From an uncultured Bacteroidota bacterium (GTDB lineage Bacteria; Bacteroidota; Bacteroidia; Bacteroidales; B18-G4): a DNA stretch of 64,000 nucleotides. The translations under genes were made by a program, and so were the position numbers. Of this stretch, positions 18,494-28,341 are shown in pieces. The notes beneath the pieces were generated by a model. That model saw only the letters and a list, made by a program, of their open reading frames with translations. It had not been told where the DNA came from and did not search any database. Positions within the stretch are counted from its first letter, which is position 1; each line of letters begins with the position of its first letter. Where the stretch lies: contig CAWCAB010000003.1 in the NCBI GenBank assembly GCA_963793485.1, positions 672,139 to 736,138 on the forward strand, read 5' to 3'.

Positions 18494-20884
18494 ATGAGAG
18501 CAAGCCTTGCCATTATTGTTTTTAGCCTGATAATTCATGTTTCAAATGCCTTCGGACAGGAACTTCACCAAAATATCAGAGGTACTGTAACTGATAGAGA
18601 ATCAATGGTGCCTTTGCCCGGGGCAACAGTTATTGTTGAAGGTTCTGATCCCCTGATCGGGACTACAACTGCTCTGGATGGAACATTTTGCCTGCATGAT
18701 GTCCCCGTAGGCCGTCATACTATTGCTGTTTCATATATTGGTTATGAAACAATCATTATCCCAGAGATACTTGTTTCTTCTGCCAAGGAAACCATCCTGA
18801 CCTTTACCTTGAATGAAGAGATAAATACCCTGAATGAGGTTGTTGTAAAACCCACGAGGGAAAAGGGCAAACCGGTAAATGATATGGCCATGATCAGTGC
18901 CAGGTCTTTCACCGTGGAGGAAACCAAGCGCTACCCTGCAGCAATCAGTGACCCGGCCAGGATGGCCAAGAACTTTGCAGGTGTTACCGGTGGTGATGAT
19001 GCAGGCAATGAGATCATTATAAGAGGAAATTCACCTAGCAGCATGCTCTGGCGCCTGGAGGGGGTGGAGATACCAAGCCCCAACCATTTTTCTGAGGAGG
19101 GTTATTCAAGTGGATTTGTCAGCATTTTGAGTTCAAATCTGATCGACAACTCAGATTTTATTACAGGAGCTTTCCCGGCTGAATATGGTAATGCTCTTTC
19201 AGGTGTTTTCGATATCAACTTGCGTAAGGGAAATAATATGAAGCGGGAAACAGCGATACAGATCGGGGTGATGGGAACCGATATTGCAGTGGAAGGGCCT
19301 TTTAAGAAAGGATATGGCGGTTCTTACCTCCTGAACTACCGCTATTCCACTCTTGGCCTCATGGATAAAATGGGACTGATACCAGGCGCGGGGGGTATCC
19401 CCGAATACCAGGACCTCTCTTTCAAATTTAATCTGCCTGCCGGAAAAGCCGGAGTATTTTCGCTCTGGGGGATAGGAGGAAAAGCAAAATCTGTTGATAA
19501 AAATGAAAATGACCCAAGCGAGTGGGAAACATATTGGGATCGCATTGGCTTTGAATTCAAAACTGGCATGGGGGCCGCGGGCATCACCCATACCTGGTTC
19601 CCCGATGAAAAGTCATTTTTAAAGACAACCATCGCCCTGACAGGTGAAAAATCAGGGGAGAAACAAGAAATTTATACTGCACATGCCCAGGGGCCGGAAT
19701 ACACTCTTGGGGATCCCGATCCGTACTCAGACAGTGATTATAATAAAACTTCCATTAAGGCCAATGTTCTGTTTAATAGAAAAATAAATTCCCGTTTCTC
19801 CTTTCGCTCCGGTCTTACATACACAAACATGAAATACAATATGAAGGCCGAAGGTGTTGATGAAGAGGATGAGTTCCAGTGGAGGTCATGGATCAAGCAG
19901 GAAGGATCTACATGGATGATGCAGGGTTTTACATCGGCAAAGTTTCGCTTAAGCAGGAAAGTATCGGCAACCGGTGGATTGCACCTGCTGTATTTCGGAC
20001 TCAATAATGAATTTTCTGTTGAGCCACGCATGGCAATTAAAATGCAGTGCTCCCCAACCCAGTCAATCGGCATTGCCGCAGGCATTCATAGCCACCATGA
20101 TGCCCTGACCACCTATTTTATGCAGGTTCCTTTTGATGAAAATACCTACGTCACCCCAAACACCGACCTCAGCCTTAGAAAAGCACTTCATGTAGTACTA
20201 TCGCATGACCATATGCTATCGGAAGACCTGCGTTTACTTGTTGAAGTTTATTACCAGTATCTCTGGAACCTTCCGGTAGCATTTGATACGGCATCAACTT
20301 TTTCTTCTGTCAATGGTAACTGGGATGAGCATTATGTGGATACCCTCGTAAGCGATGGGATTGGCAGGAATTTTGGACTGGAAATGACCCTGGAGAAATT
20401 CTTCACTAGGCGTTTCTATTTTCTTGTCACTGGCTCTATGTTTGACTCCAAATACAGGGCCTCAAATGGAAAATGGTACAACACCCGATATAATGTTCAT
20501 TTTGCCACCAACATCGTAGGAGGCAAGGAATTTGCAGTTGGTAAGGACAAGAATAACTTTATTGGATTGAATCTGAAGCTAAGCTGGGCAGGAGGGATGC
20601 GCGACACCCCCATTGATCTTGAAAAATCAATCGAAGAGGGATCTGTGGTGATCAAGCAGGACGAAAGATATGAACTCAGCCATCAGGATTATTTCCGTAC
20701 CGACTTTGGCATAAGCTACCGTATGAACAGAAAGCGTGTGTCGCATACCTTCAGCCTTGATATACAGAATATTACAAATCACCAGAATGAGATGTATGAA
20801 TATTATGATCCTGAAAATTTCAATATTAAAACCGAATATCATATGGGGATACTGCCGGTGCTAAATTATAAAATAGAGTTCTAA
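18494..20884 (+). CDS. TonB-dependent receptor with CarboxypepD_reg-like N-domain
   Basis: 796 aa with a signal peptide. N-domain is IRGTVTD..PLPGATVIVEG..DGTFCLHDVPVGRHTIAVSYIGYE, followed by a plug and a long barrel ending ..LNYKIEF. Confidence 0.8.
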   Translation: MRASLAIIVFSLIIHVSNAFGQELHQNIRGTVTDRESMVPLPGATVIVEGSDPLIGTTTALDGTFCLHDVPVGRHTIAVSYIGYETIIIPEILVSSAKETILTFTLNEEINTLNEVVVKPTREKGKPVNDMAMISARSFTVEETKRYPAAISDPARMAKNFAGVTGGDDAGNEIIIRGNSPSSMLWRLEGVEIPSPNHFSEEGYSSGFVSILSSNLIDNSDFITGAFPAEYGNALSGVFDINLRKGNNMKRETAIQIGVMGTDIAVEGPFKKGYGGSYLLNYRYSTLGLMDKMGLIPGAGGIPEYQDLSFKFNLPAGKAGVFSLWGIGGKAKSVDKNENDPSEWETYWDRIGFEFKTGMGAAGITHTWFPDEKSFLKTTIALTGEKSGEKQEIYTAHAQGPEYTLGDPDPYSDSDYNKTSIKANVLFNRKINSRFSFRSGLTYTNMKYNMKAEGVDEEDEFQWRSWIKQEGSTWMMQGFTSAKFRLSRKVSATGGLHLLYFGLNNEFSVEPRMAIKMQCSPTQSIGIAAGIHSHHDALTTYFMQVPFDENTYVTPNTDLSLRKALHVVLSHDHMLSEDLRLLVEVYYQYLWNLPVAFDTASTFSSVNGNWDEHYVDTLVSDGIGRNFGLEMTLEKFFTRRFYFLVTGSMFDSKYRASNGKWYNTRYNVHFATNIVGGKEFAVGKDKNNFIGLNLKLSWAGGMRDTPIDLEKSIEEGSVVIKQDERYELSHQDYFRTDFGISYRMNRKRVSHTFSLDIQNITNHQNEMYEYYDPENFNIKTEYHMGILPVLNYKIEF

Positions 20885-20914
20885 AGAAGCTTGCTCTTAA
20901 ATTTTAAACTTCAC

Positions 20915-20962
20915 ATTCATATTCTTATTCTTATTCTTATTCTTATTCTTATTCTTATTCCT
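20915..20962. repeat. hexanucleotide microsatellite (ATTCTT)6 with flanking variants
   Basis: ATTCAT, then ATTCTT x6 at 20921-20956, then ATTCCT. Confidence 0.9.
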
Positions 20963-21015
20963 TGTTCCTCTGTTCTACTATTCTACTGTTTCCTTGTTCC
21001 ATGTCCCGATAAAAC

Positions 21016-21038
21016 GCAAATCTTTGATTTGCTTTTTT
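21016..21038 (+). terminator. candidate intrinsic terminator downstream of the TonB-dependent receptor
   Basis: GCAAATC-ttt-GATTTGC followed by TTTTTT. An outer CGATAAAA/TTTTATCG pairing extends it to 21007-21042. Confidence 0.5.
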
Positions 21039-21265
21039 ATCGAGAATCCACGAAAAACAATGAAATCATAGATTTCTGGTTTTTCGGGATTCCTTGTTCT
21101 TTATTCTCTATCCCTTCCCCACTGTCCGCTTCATGTGCAAAATTTACACATAAAAAATGTTAAAATCTATTCAAAATCATTGTTAATTATCAGGAATACA
21201 ATGCGATAGGATTTTTGGCACATGCTATGCCTATACTTGTATATATTAATTAAAACCGGAATAAA

Positions 21266-22216
21266 ATGGAAACAAGAATGATGATCAACAGGCTCCTGGC
21301 CTTAGTGGTCTTTGCAGGCTTTTTTGCCTATGCAGGCCACGGTTTGGCACCCCCGCCGGAGTCAAGGGCACCCACTACAATAAAGGCTTTGCTTCTGGTG
21401 GACCAGCTTTATGGTGCCAGCTTAAATATTGAAGATAATCAGAACAATATTTTAGAGAATTTTCAGGACTATGGATGGGAGGTTAGCATAGCATGCTGCA
21501 CCCCTGAAATAAACCCCTGTCCTTGGGCAAGCATGCAAGGTTGTGAAGTGCTAAGCCCCGACCTGATGACCTACCAGCTCGATGATGCTCAGGAATGGGA
21601 CGTGATCGTAATTATCCCGGGAGGCTCACATGCAAACCTTATCGATTGTCCCTTCGTCCTGAGTGTGCTGGCACAGGCCAGGGCAAACAATATCCCCATT
21701 GCTGCATGGTGCAGGGGAGTAAGGGTACTGGCAGCAGCAGAAGTAATTGAAGGCGTAGAGATCACAGGGCCTGACGATTATTTGGATGAGTACCTCGATG
21801 CAGGTGCCATTTACCTTGGCAACTTTGAGCCCCCCACAGAGGATCAGGGGATCATCACCTGCGTGAATGCTACCGAGTATCGCCAGGAAATGTGTGAGAT
21901 GATCAGGAATGCAGTTGAGAACAGCACATATGTGCAGGAAAGGTTGAATAAGAATAGCTATAAGATAGATCTCAGGGTCTGTCCCAATCCTATCAAAACA
22001 TCTTCATGCATACAATTTGATCTCGATAAGACCTCAGTGGTACATATTGCAGTATTCGATCGCCAGGGAACTATGGTGATGGATGTAGTTAAACAGCAGT
22101 TTCAAGAAGGAGAAAACACAGTCACCTTCAGTCCCACTGATTTGTCAACAGGCATATACTATGTTTATTTGTTCTGTGAAGGTAAAATCGGAATGCAGAA
22201 ATGTATGGTGATTTAG
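21266..22216 (+). CDS. DJ-1/PfpI-like (class I glutamine amidotransferase-like) protein with T9SS CTD
   Basis: 316 aa with a signal peptide. PfpI-like core VIVIIPGG..IPIAAWCRGVRVLAAAEVIEGVEITG, with the nucleophile-elbow Cys retained but CHG changed to CRG. CTD-like tail is VCPNPIKTSSCIQF..GIYYVYL. Confidence 0.55.
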   Translation: METRMMINRLLALVVFAGFFAYAGHGLAPPPESRAPTTIKALLLVDQLYGASLNIEDNQNNILENFQDYGWEVSIACCTPEINPCPWASMQGCEVLSPDLMTYQLDDAQEWDVIVIIPGGSHANLIDCPFVLSVLAQARANNIPIAAWCRGVRVLAAAEVIEGVEITGPDDYLDEYLDAGAIYLGNFEPPTEDQGIITCVNATEYRQEMCEMIRNAVENSTYVQERLNKNSYKIDLRVCPNPIKTSSCIQFDLDKTSVVHIAVFDRQGTMVMDVVKQQFQEGENTVTFSPTDLSTGIYYVYLFCEGKIGMQKCMVI

Positions 22217-22257
22217 GCGTGAGGTGTGGGGCTTGGGGTTTGGAGTTTGAGGCTCCA
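22217..22257. repeat. heptamer array
   Basis: GGCGTGA GGTGTGG GGCTTGG GGTTTGG AGTTTGA GGCTCCA. Confidence 0.75.
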
Positions 22258-22285
22258 ATAACCATTTAGCATTGTAGCCCTGTTG

Positions 22286-22999
22286 TCAAAGCTCCTTCCG
22301 TCCCGGATCAAGGATGAAGACTTTTATTTTGCCTTCCAGTAACTCCTGGAACTTTCTGGCATCTTCGAGTGAGCCTTCGTACATACCGTAATGAATTGGG
22401 ATAGCTATTTCTGCCCCGGTGTCGAGCGCAGCATCCGCTGCTTCTTCCACACTATTCATGGTATAGGTTTGCCCGAGAGGAAGCATGGCTATATCGCATT
22501 CAATGTTTTTCATCTCCGGTATGCGTTCCGTATCCCCCGCATGGTAGATGCACGTTCCATTAATATTTACTACAAATCCTGTCCAGGCATTCTCCATGGG
22601 GTGATACTGTGTCTTCACCACATTGTACATAGGTACTGCTTCAATCTCAGTGCCATCAATATTTATTTTGTCCCCGGGTGAAACAGGCATGATGTTCTTA
22701 TATCCTGCATCTTCCAGTTCTTCTTCACAATCATACGGACAAATAAATTTTGTTTCTTCATCGGCAATCCTGTTAATATCAGGGATCGAAAGATGGTCCT
22801 GATGGCTATGTGTGATCAGGATCAGGTCTGCCTTTTTATCTGAAGATATCTGGTATGGGTCAATGAAAATAATTTGCCCTCCATTGTCAATACTAACGGT
22901 GGCCTGGCCATGCCATCTGATCTTTTCAAGCGTTTCCATGTGTTGTGCATTTAAATGATATGTAATAATCAGTAGGAGTATTGAGATTGTTGTTTTCAT
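22286..22999 (-). CDS. MBL-fold metallo-hydrolase
   Basis: 237 aa with a signal peptide and motif LILITHSHQDH. Confidence 0.8.
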   Translation of the reverse strand: MKTTISILLLIITYHLNAQHMETLEKIRWHGQATVSIDNGGQIIFIDPYQISSDKKADLILITHSHQDHLSIPDINRIADEETKFICPYDCEEELEDAGYKNIMPVSPGDKINIDGTEIEAVPMYNVVKTQYHPMENAWTGFVVNINGTCIYHAGDTERIPEMKNIECDIAMLPLGQTYTMNSVEEAADAALDTGAEIAIPIHYGMYEGSLEDARKFQELLEGKIKVFILDPGRKEL

Positions 23000-23020
23000 A
23001 GTAGAGGTTTTTTTATAGGA

Positions 23021-23154
23021 TATGGGTTCTTGGTACTGGTTCCTGGGAATTTATACATCTATACATATAGCCATGTAGCCCTTTAACCCTTTAACCATTC
23101 CCCACGCCTGTCCTAGGCTATGTCGAAGGTCCCAATGCCTAACGCCCAACGCCA
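23021..23154. repeat. mixed short-period tracts
   Basis: TATGGGT TCTTGGT ACTGGTT CCTGGGA at 23021-23048. CCCTTTAA x2 at 23079-23094. AATGCCT AACGCCC AACGCCA at 23134-23154. Confidence 0.55.
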
Positions 23155-23284
23155 AAATTGAACATCTAAGATACTCATTTGTTAATTATCTGAGCTGCTT
23201 ATTGACTAATAGTATGCTGAATATGTATCTTTATTGTTTCAGGCGATTGCAATTAAACCTAACATAAATTAAATTCCGAAAACT

Positions 23285-23887
23285 ATGAAAATGATGACGA
23301 AGAGCCTGATGCTGCTCGTAATGATGTTTGCATCTGTAACAATGATTGCCCAGAAGGGTGGCGATGATGATTTAGTAAAGCGTATCCAGGATATGAACAA
23401 TAAGATGGTTGGTGCGATCCTCAACAATGATTATGGAAAGTTATTGACTTATTATGATGATAAGGTCCTTTCGATGCCTAATTATGGGAAGATGATAAGA
23501 GGGATTGATGAGTTCAAAGCAAAACACCAGGAATCTGCTGAGAAAGGGAATAAAGTGACAGCCATGAAGCTGAATACCAAAAAGGTAAGTGTGCATGGAG
23601 ATGTGGCCATTGAGATAGGATCCTTTACAGTTACCATGGAATTAGCGGGTAACCCAAATCCAGTTTCCGATGCCGGAAAATATATGACGGTCTGGAGAAA
23701 GAATGGAAACACTTATAAGATTTTATATGAGATGTGGAATACCAATACCCATCCTATGGAAGCCATAAAGAAAGGCGAAAGCAAGGGGGAAGCTCCCAAG
23801 GGTGAAAAAGGTGGTAAACTCCAGAATGACGGAGGAAAGACAAAGTCAGGTAAGAAACCTGCAAGTACTGAAAAGGAAGAAATATAA
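23285..23887 (+). CDS. hypothetical secreted protein, SnoaL/DUF4440-like fold suspected
   Basis: 200 aa with a signal peptide and an NTF2-like pattern (..YMTVWRKNGNTYKILYEMWN). Lys/Gly-rich tail. Followed by a strong terminator. Confidence 0.45.
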   Translation: MKMMTKSLMLLVMMFASVTMIAQKGGDDDLVKRIQDMNNKMVGAILNNDYGKLLTYYDDKVLSMPNYGKMIRGIDEFKAKHQESAEKGNKVTAMKLNTKKVSVHGDVAIEIGSFTVTMELAGNPNPVSDAGKYMTVWRKNGNTYKILYEMWNTNTHPMEAIKKGESKGEAPKGEKGGKLQNDGGKTKSGKKPASTEKEEI

Positions 23888-23894
23888 TGATATG

Positions 23895-23923
23895 GCCCCG
23901 CAGAAATGCGGGGCTTTTTTTTT
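23895..23923. terminator. intrinsic terminator between convergent genes
   Basis: GCCCCGCA-gaaa-TGCGGGGC followed by T9. Confidence 0.85.
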
Positions 23924-23925
23924 AC

Positions 23926-24834
23926 TTAGTTTGCGCCAGCAACTTTTGCATCTACCCAGTATGCGCTGAATAATCCTTCCCTGGAACTGATAAAGAAAAA
24001 GTATTTCCCATCTGCAGTGATTTGTGGACACATTTCATGGTGTTCTGTGTTGATGGGATAGGGAAGTGCCCTCGAAGTTTCCCATTGGCCACTGCTATTT
24101 CGTTTGCTTATGAAAAGGTCTGGCTTTCCGTTCACAGAACGGGAGAAGATGAGCGTATTCTCATCCGCACTAATATAAGGCGTGCATTCGCTCAGTTCTG
24201 TATTGATGTTCTCATCAAGCTTATAAGGTTCAAAATATGAACCGGCCTTCATTTCCGAACAATATATGTTTCCATTTGATGCATAGTATATATTCCCGTT
24301 TCCGGCCATACTGAACTGCCAGTGAAGGTCCAGTGAATTTAACATGCCATCGGGCTGCTGTGGCTGACTAAAGCCGCCTTTTCTTACTTCAGAGTAGTAG
24401 ATGAAATCTCTGTTGGCATCCTTATCATACGAAGAGAAAAACAAGCGATCACCTGTGTTGGAAAGACAGGGATCATCTGAATTATTAAGCCCATTTTTCA
24501 TGGATATTGTCTCAGGGGACGTCCATCTGTTGCCATTTTCTTTCGACATCATTATCCCTTCGCTATCCATGCTCTTATAGTACATTGATTTTCCATCTTT
24601 ACTAAATATCGGCACAGAGTGGAGATCCTCAGGAATGATCCCCCTGGCAAAGCGTTCCGGTGTCTTTCCCGGTGACTCCTGCCCAAGGTACGGCCCTGAC
24701 AGCTTTTCAATTGTACTTACCTGGCTGGTAAGCAGGATTATACAAAAAGATGTAAGGAAGAGTACCAAAGCCTGTCGGAGATACGGCCAGCATTGGTGTA
24801 TCCTGGAATCTCGTTTTCCGGTTGTTTTTTTCAT
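23926..24834 (-). CDS. WD40-like (PD40/TolB-type) beta-propeller repeat protein
   Basis: 302 aa with an N-terminal TM/signal anchor. Repeated PD40-like units (SKDGKSMYY, SNTGDRLFFSS, ISADENTLIFSR, ITADGKYFFFIS). Confidence 0.55.
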   Translation of the reverse strand: MKKTTGKRDSRIHQCWPYLRQALVLFLTSFCIILLTSQVSTIEKLSGPYLGQESPGKTPERFARGIIPEDLHSVPIFSKDGKSMYYKSMDSEGIMMSKENGNRWTSPETISMKNGLNNSDDPCLSNTGDRLFFSSYDKDANRDFIYYSEVRKGGFSQPQQPDGMLNSLDLHWQFSMAGNGNIYYASNGNIYCSEMKAGSYFEPYKLDENINTELSECTPYISADENTLIFSRSVNGKPDLFISKRNSSGQWETSRALPYPINTEHHEMCPQITADGKYFFFISSREGLFSAYWVDAKVAGAN

Positions 24835-25014
24835 CAGGCGGTTTTGTTATCCGGCATGCCCATTGTTTTTCGGCATGCCTTCACTATATTAATTTCAATT
24901 ATTGTACCAAGTGTTTTAAATGCTTGAAATTAAATTGGTTGTGAGCTTGTTCGCTGATGAGTTAATTTTTAAAAGTGTTCGTTTATGTGATGAAATGTTC
25001 ACAAGCGAACATTT

Positions 25015-25063
25015 GAAGTGTTGGATGTTGGGTGTTGGGTTTTGAGTGTTGAATGTTGGATTA
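25015..25063. repeat. heptamer array
   Basis: GAAGTGT TGGATGT TGGGTGT TGGGTTT TGAGTGT TGAATGT TGGATTA. Confidence 0.8.
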
Positions 25064-25110
25064 GTTTAAAGATAAACAATTAAAAATATTAATAGTTGTT
25101 CACTTTACTT

Positions 25111-25145
25111 CGGCACTAGCAACTAGGCACTAGCAACTATGCACT
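25111..25145. repeat. heptamer array (14-nt super-period)
   Basis: CGGCACT AGCAACT AGGCACT AGCAACT ATGCACT. It contains the response-regulator stop codon. Confidence 0.8.
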
Positions 25146-25905
25146 ACTTTGATATCCGGCTCATATGCTCCAGAAAAAGGTCTTTCTTCCCCCTCGAAAT
25201 GGGAACGGTACTTTTATCTGTCATCTCAACATAGCCTCCTTCGTGTCTGATATACTTCTTTACATGTTCCAGGTTGATCAGGTGGGAATTGTGGGTGCGA
25301 AAAAAGTTTCTGTCGGAAAGGAGTTCCTGGTATTCCTTGAGGTTTCGGGAAACGAGATGCTTGATATCTCCTTCCAGGAAGAACCACGAATAGCTGCGGT
25401 CGGCCTCGATGCGGATGATTTCTTTGGTGTTCAGGTATTCCATCCCGTTGGAGGTAGGAATTGCAAGCTTGGATGGCTGTGTGGTTTGCAGATTTTCAAA
25501 CAGGGTGTTGAAATTCATATTCCGGCCTTTCTTATCCTTTCTGGCCTCTTCAACCCTTTTTACGGCTTCGATAAACTCATTGATATTGATTGGCTTGAGG
25601 ATGTAATCAACCGCTGAATACTTTATAGCCCTGATGGCATAATGATTGAACGCGGTAATAAAGATCACATCGAAACTCTTTTCAGGGAAGGCGGCAAGCA
25701 GGTCGAAACCACTGCCATGTGGCATCTCTACATCCAGAAATACAAGGTCGGGCTTCTCATTATTGATCACCTCTATGCCTTCGATGGCAGAATATGCCTT
25801 GCCGATAACCTTTATATTCGGGCAATATTCTTGTGCAATGGATTCAATAAAACTCACTGCATCCTGCTCATCATCAACGATTACTGTTCTTAGTATGTTA
25901 TCCAT
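25144..25905 (-). CDS. LytTR-family response regulator
   Basis: 253 aa. Receiver domain (VIVDDE..DLVFLDVEMPHGSGFDL) plus a C-terminal LytTR DNA-binding domain. Confidence 0.9.
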   Translation of the reverse strand: MDNILRTVIVDDEQDAVSFIESIAQEYCPNIKVIGKAYSAIEGIEVINNEKPDLVFLDVEMPHGSGFDLLAAFPEKSFDVIFITAFNHYAIRAIKYSAVDYILKPININEFIEAVKRVEEARKDKKGRNMNFNTLFENLQTTQPSKLAIPTSNGMEYLNTKEIIRIEADRSYSWFFLEGDIKHLVSRNLKEYQELLSDRNFFRTHNSHLINLEHVKKYIRHEGGYVEMTDKSTVPISRGKKDLFLEHMSRISK

Positions 25906-25923
25906 TTGTTTTTATTTTGATCA

Positions 25924-26028
25924 TGGATATTAGATCCTGGATACTGGATACTTGGCTCTGGGTTCTAGGTCTTGGGCCCTGGTATTTTGCCCCGCGCCTC
26001 ATGCCTCAAACCTCAAACCTCAAGCCTA
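25924..26028. repeat. heptamer array, 15 units, between histidine kinase and response regulator genes
   Basis: TGGATAT TAGATCC TGGATAC TGGATAC TTGGCTC TGGGTTC TAGGTCT TGGGCCC TGGTATT TTGCCCC GCGCCTC ATGCCTC AAACCTC AAACCTC AAGCCTA. Confidence 0.85.
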
Positions 26029-27963
26029 TGTTATTATCGGAATGCAAATCTCTACCCTCGTACCACTGGCATTCCCTTCATCATCCTCCATATCTGTATA
26101 ATCCACCTTCATGCTCTTCCCATATAAAGAATTTACCAGCTTCAATCTTGATTCTGTAATGCTGGTCCCTAATGACCGGTGGTTTTCTTTTCTTCCATTT
26201 TTGATCTCCATGGCCTTCTTTCTGCCAACGCCATTATCCTCGATGCTACACAATATGATATCCTTATCCAGCTTCAATTCTATTTTGATATATCCCTTTC
26301 CTTCTTTGTGCATCAGTCCGTGCCCGATGGCGTTTTCAACAAAGGGTTGTATTAGCATGGTTGGAATTTTATACATATAGGTGTCGATCTCCTCATCTAC
26401 ATCTATTTCCCAACTGAATTTCTTTTTAAATCTGAGTGATTCGAGTTCCAGGTAGAGTTTGAGTGCATCTAACTCTTCAGCAATGGGTATGGACGGGTGT
26501 TCACTGTTTTCCAGGGTCTTTCTGATGAGCTTTGCAAACTTGGTCATATAATCGTTAGAGGCAATTCGGTCGTTCTGAAAAACATAATACTGTATAGAAT
26601 TCAGCGTATTGAAAATGAAATGAGGATTCATTTGTGTACGCAGGTTTTTCTGCGTGAGATTGGAGATCCTGTGATTCATGTCCTCAAGCCTCTGCTTCGA
26701 TCTGAGCCGGCTGCTTCTGATAAACATGATGGCTAGTGCTATGATCACAAGCACCAGACCGGCAAATCCATACATCAGGTAATTATTTCTTTGCAAGCGA
26801 ACGTGCATCAGTTCAAGCTCCTGCTCACTTTTTTCTCTTTCATGTTGCGTACGGGCTTCAAGCAGGCGGCGGTTATAATCCTCTGACATCAATGAATCAT
26901 TGTAAGCAGAATGAAGCATGAAATTATCGTATGCCTTTTCAAACCTGCCCATATTGGCATACATGGCACTGATATCTTTGTATAACCAGGAAAGATTGTA
27001 AACATCACTGATCTCTTTTGATTCTTCAATACTGAGGTTATAATACTCTATAGCTTTCTCAAAATAATTCCAGTCGCGATAGATGTTTCCAATGTTTCCC
27101 AGGCAGTTTGCGATCAGGTTTTTTTGATCAACAGCTTTTGATATTTCCAGGTCTTTAAGGTAAACTTCCAGTGAGTTTTCCAGGTCACCCATCTGATAAT
27201 ATCCCCAGGCGATCCTGTTCAGTGTGTTAGCCTGGCGGAGCGAATCACCGCTCATCTTTGCCAGTTCCACCAGCTGATAATATATATCAATGCCTTCCTG
27301 GTATTTCTCCTGTTCCCTTTTTACATCACCCAGCCTGCTCAGGATATAAAATGTGATATACCTTTCCTTATTTACATTTACCAACTCCAGGTATCGTTCA
27401 TAATAGAGCTCTTCCAGGGGATAATCCCCCAGGTTATAGTATACTCTTCCCAGACCCAGGTTTGCATCGGCCATTTCATCCTGCATGTCAAGATCCTGAG
27501 CCATGATCTTAGCCTTTTCAAAAGCTTCAATACTCTTCGTAAACTCCCCCTGCCTGAACAAGTACCATCCCTTGTTCAGGACTAGTCGGGCTGCATCAGC
27601 CGGGTCTTTACTGTTTTCCAGGATCTTGATGATAGTAGGGAAATATGTAATCGACTGCTTGTAATTCGCCAGTCCGTCATTGGCATTGACCATGAGGCGG
27701 TAAAGACCAACATCGGGAGTTATACCTATCTTATTTGAAAGCTCTATTCCCTTTTCTGCATAATAAATGCTGGAGTCCATCTTGTGGTTGTTCAGGTGAT
27801 GGCGGGAAAGTTCCTTATAACAGTCGATACGGATGCTATCCGATCTCGTGCTCGACAGCACGTCAAAGAGGCTGTCGGTTTGGGCTCCGGCATCCTGTGC
27901 GCAAGACATAAGTATGAAACCTGCGAGTATCCTGAAAGTAATGTTTCTTAAAATTGAGATCAT
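26026..27963 (-). CDS. TPR-repeat sensor histidine kinase (LytS/YehU type)
   Basis: 645 aa. Signal peptide, TPR region and one TM (YLMYGFAGLVLVIIALAIMFI). His_kinase motif NPHFIFNTLNSIQYYV, then an HATPase region. Confidence 0.85.
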   Translation of the reverse strand: MISILRNITFRILAGFILMSCAQDAGAQTDSLFDVLSSTRSDSIRIDCYKELSRHHLNNHKMDSSIYYAEKGIELSNKIGITPDVGLYRLMVNANDGLANYKQSITYFPTIIKILENSKDPADAARLVLNKGWYLFRQGEFTKSIEAFEKAKIMAQDLDMQDEMADANLGLGRVYYNLGDYPLEELYYERYLELVNVNKERYITFYILSRLGDVKREQEKYQEGIDIYYQLVELAKMSGDSLRQANTLNRIAWGYYQMGDLENSLEVYLKDLEISKAVDQKNLIANCLGNIGNIYRDWNYFEKAIEYYNLSIEESKEISDVYNLSWLYKDISAMYANMGRFEKAYDNFMLHSAYNDSLMSEDYNRRLLEARTQHEREKSEQELELMHVRLQRNNYLMYGFAGLVLVIIALAIMFIRSSRLRSKQRLEDMNHRISNLTQKNLRTQMNPHFIFNTLNSIQYYVFQNDRIASNDYMTKFAKLIRKTLENSEHPSIPIAEELDALKLYLELESLRFKKKFSWEIDVDEEIDTYMYKIPTMLIQPFVENAIGHGLMHKEGKGYIKIELKLDKDIILCSIEDNGVGRKKAMEIKNGRKENHRSLGTSITESRLKLVNSLYGKSMKVDYTDMEDDEGNASGTRVEICIPIIT

Positions 27964-28164
27964 GTTCCGCTCCTGAAAGGACCTTAAATGTAATAAAATA
28001 TTTCTTAGCTGTACCGGCCCTTACTGCTACAAAGATATTGTACCGGCATGAATTGACCGGTTAATAGCTTTCCGATCAACCCTTTCAACCTATAAATGGC
28101 ATATTTGAACTAATATTTGTGATCTGCCTACCGCATATGTTTTGCAGATCAGGCCTAAAGATAT

Positions 28165-28172
28165 TAAATTTG
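28165..28172 (+). promoter_or_regulatory. Bacteroidota-type -7 box upstream of tRNA-Gly
   Basis: TAAATTTG ends 9 nt before the mature tRNA 5' end. Confidence 0.55.
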
Positions 28173-28181
28173 CAGGCAAAT

Positions 28182-28254
28182 GCGGAAATAGCTCAGTTGG
28201 TAGAGCATTAGCTTCCCAAGCTGGGGGTCGCGGGTTCGAGTCCCGTTTTCCGCT
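28182..28254 (+). tRNA. tRNA-Gly (anticodon CCC)
   Basis: Hand-folded cloverleaf. Acceptor GCGGAAA/TTTCCGC, D arm GCTC-AGTTGGTA-GAGC, anticodon arm TTAGC-TTCCCAA-GCTGG, variable GGGTC, T arm GCGGG-TTCGAGT-CCCGT, discriminator T. No encoded CCA. Confidence 0.9.
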
Positions 28255-28255
28255 C

Positions 28256-28290
28256 AGACCTCATGGCTGTTTGGCTGTGAGGTCTTTTTT
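28256..28290 (+). terminator. intrinsic terminator after tRNA-Gly
   Basis: AGACCTCA...TGAGGTCT (8-bp stem) followed by TTTTTT. Confidence 0.8.
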
Positions 28291-28291
28291 G

Positions 28292-28299
28292 TAAATTTG
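28292..28299 (+). promoter_or_regulatory. Bacteroidota-type -7 box upstream of the CaCA gene
   Basis: TAAATTTG lies 43 nt upstream of the ATG at 28342. Confidence 0.45.
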
Positions 28300-28341
28300 T
28301 TGACTGCTAGCCCGCTTTCTTAACGACTGAGCTAAACGATT

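Noticed and set aside
20891-21163. 90-aa ORF (..HILILILILILI..)
   Set aside because: It is encoded by the ATTCTT microsatellite and repeat-derived sequence, with no start context or domain.
25917-26159. 80-aa ORF across the HK/RR spacer
   Set aside because: It translates the 15-unit heptamer array and then runs antisense into the histidine kinase gene.
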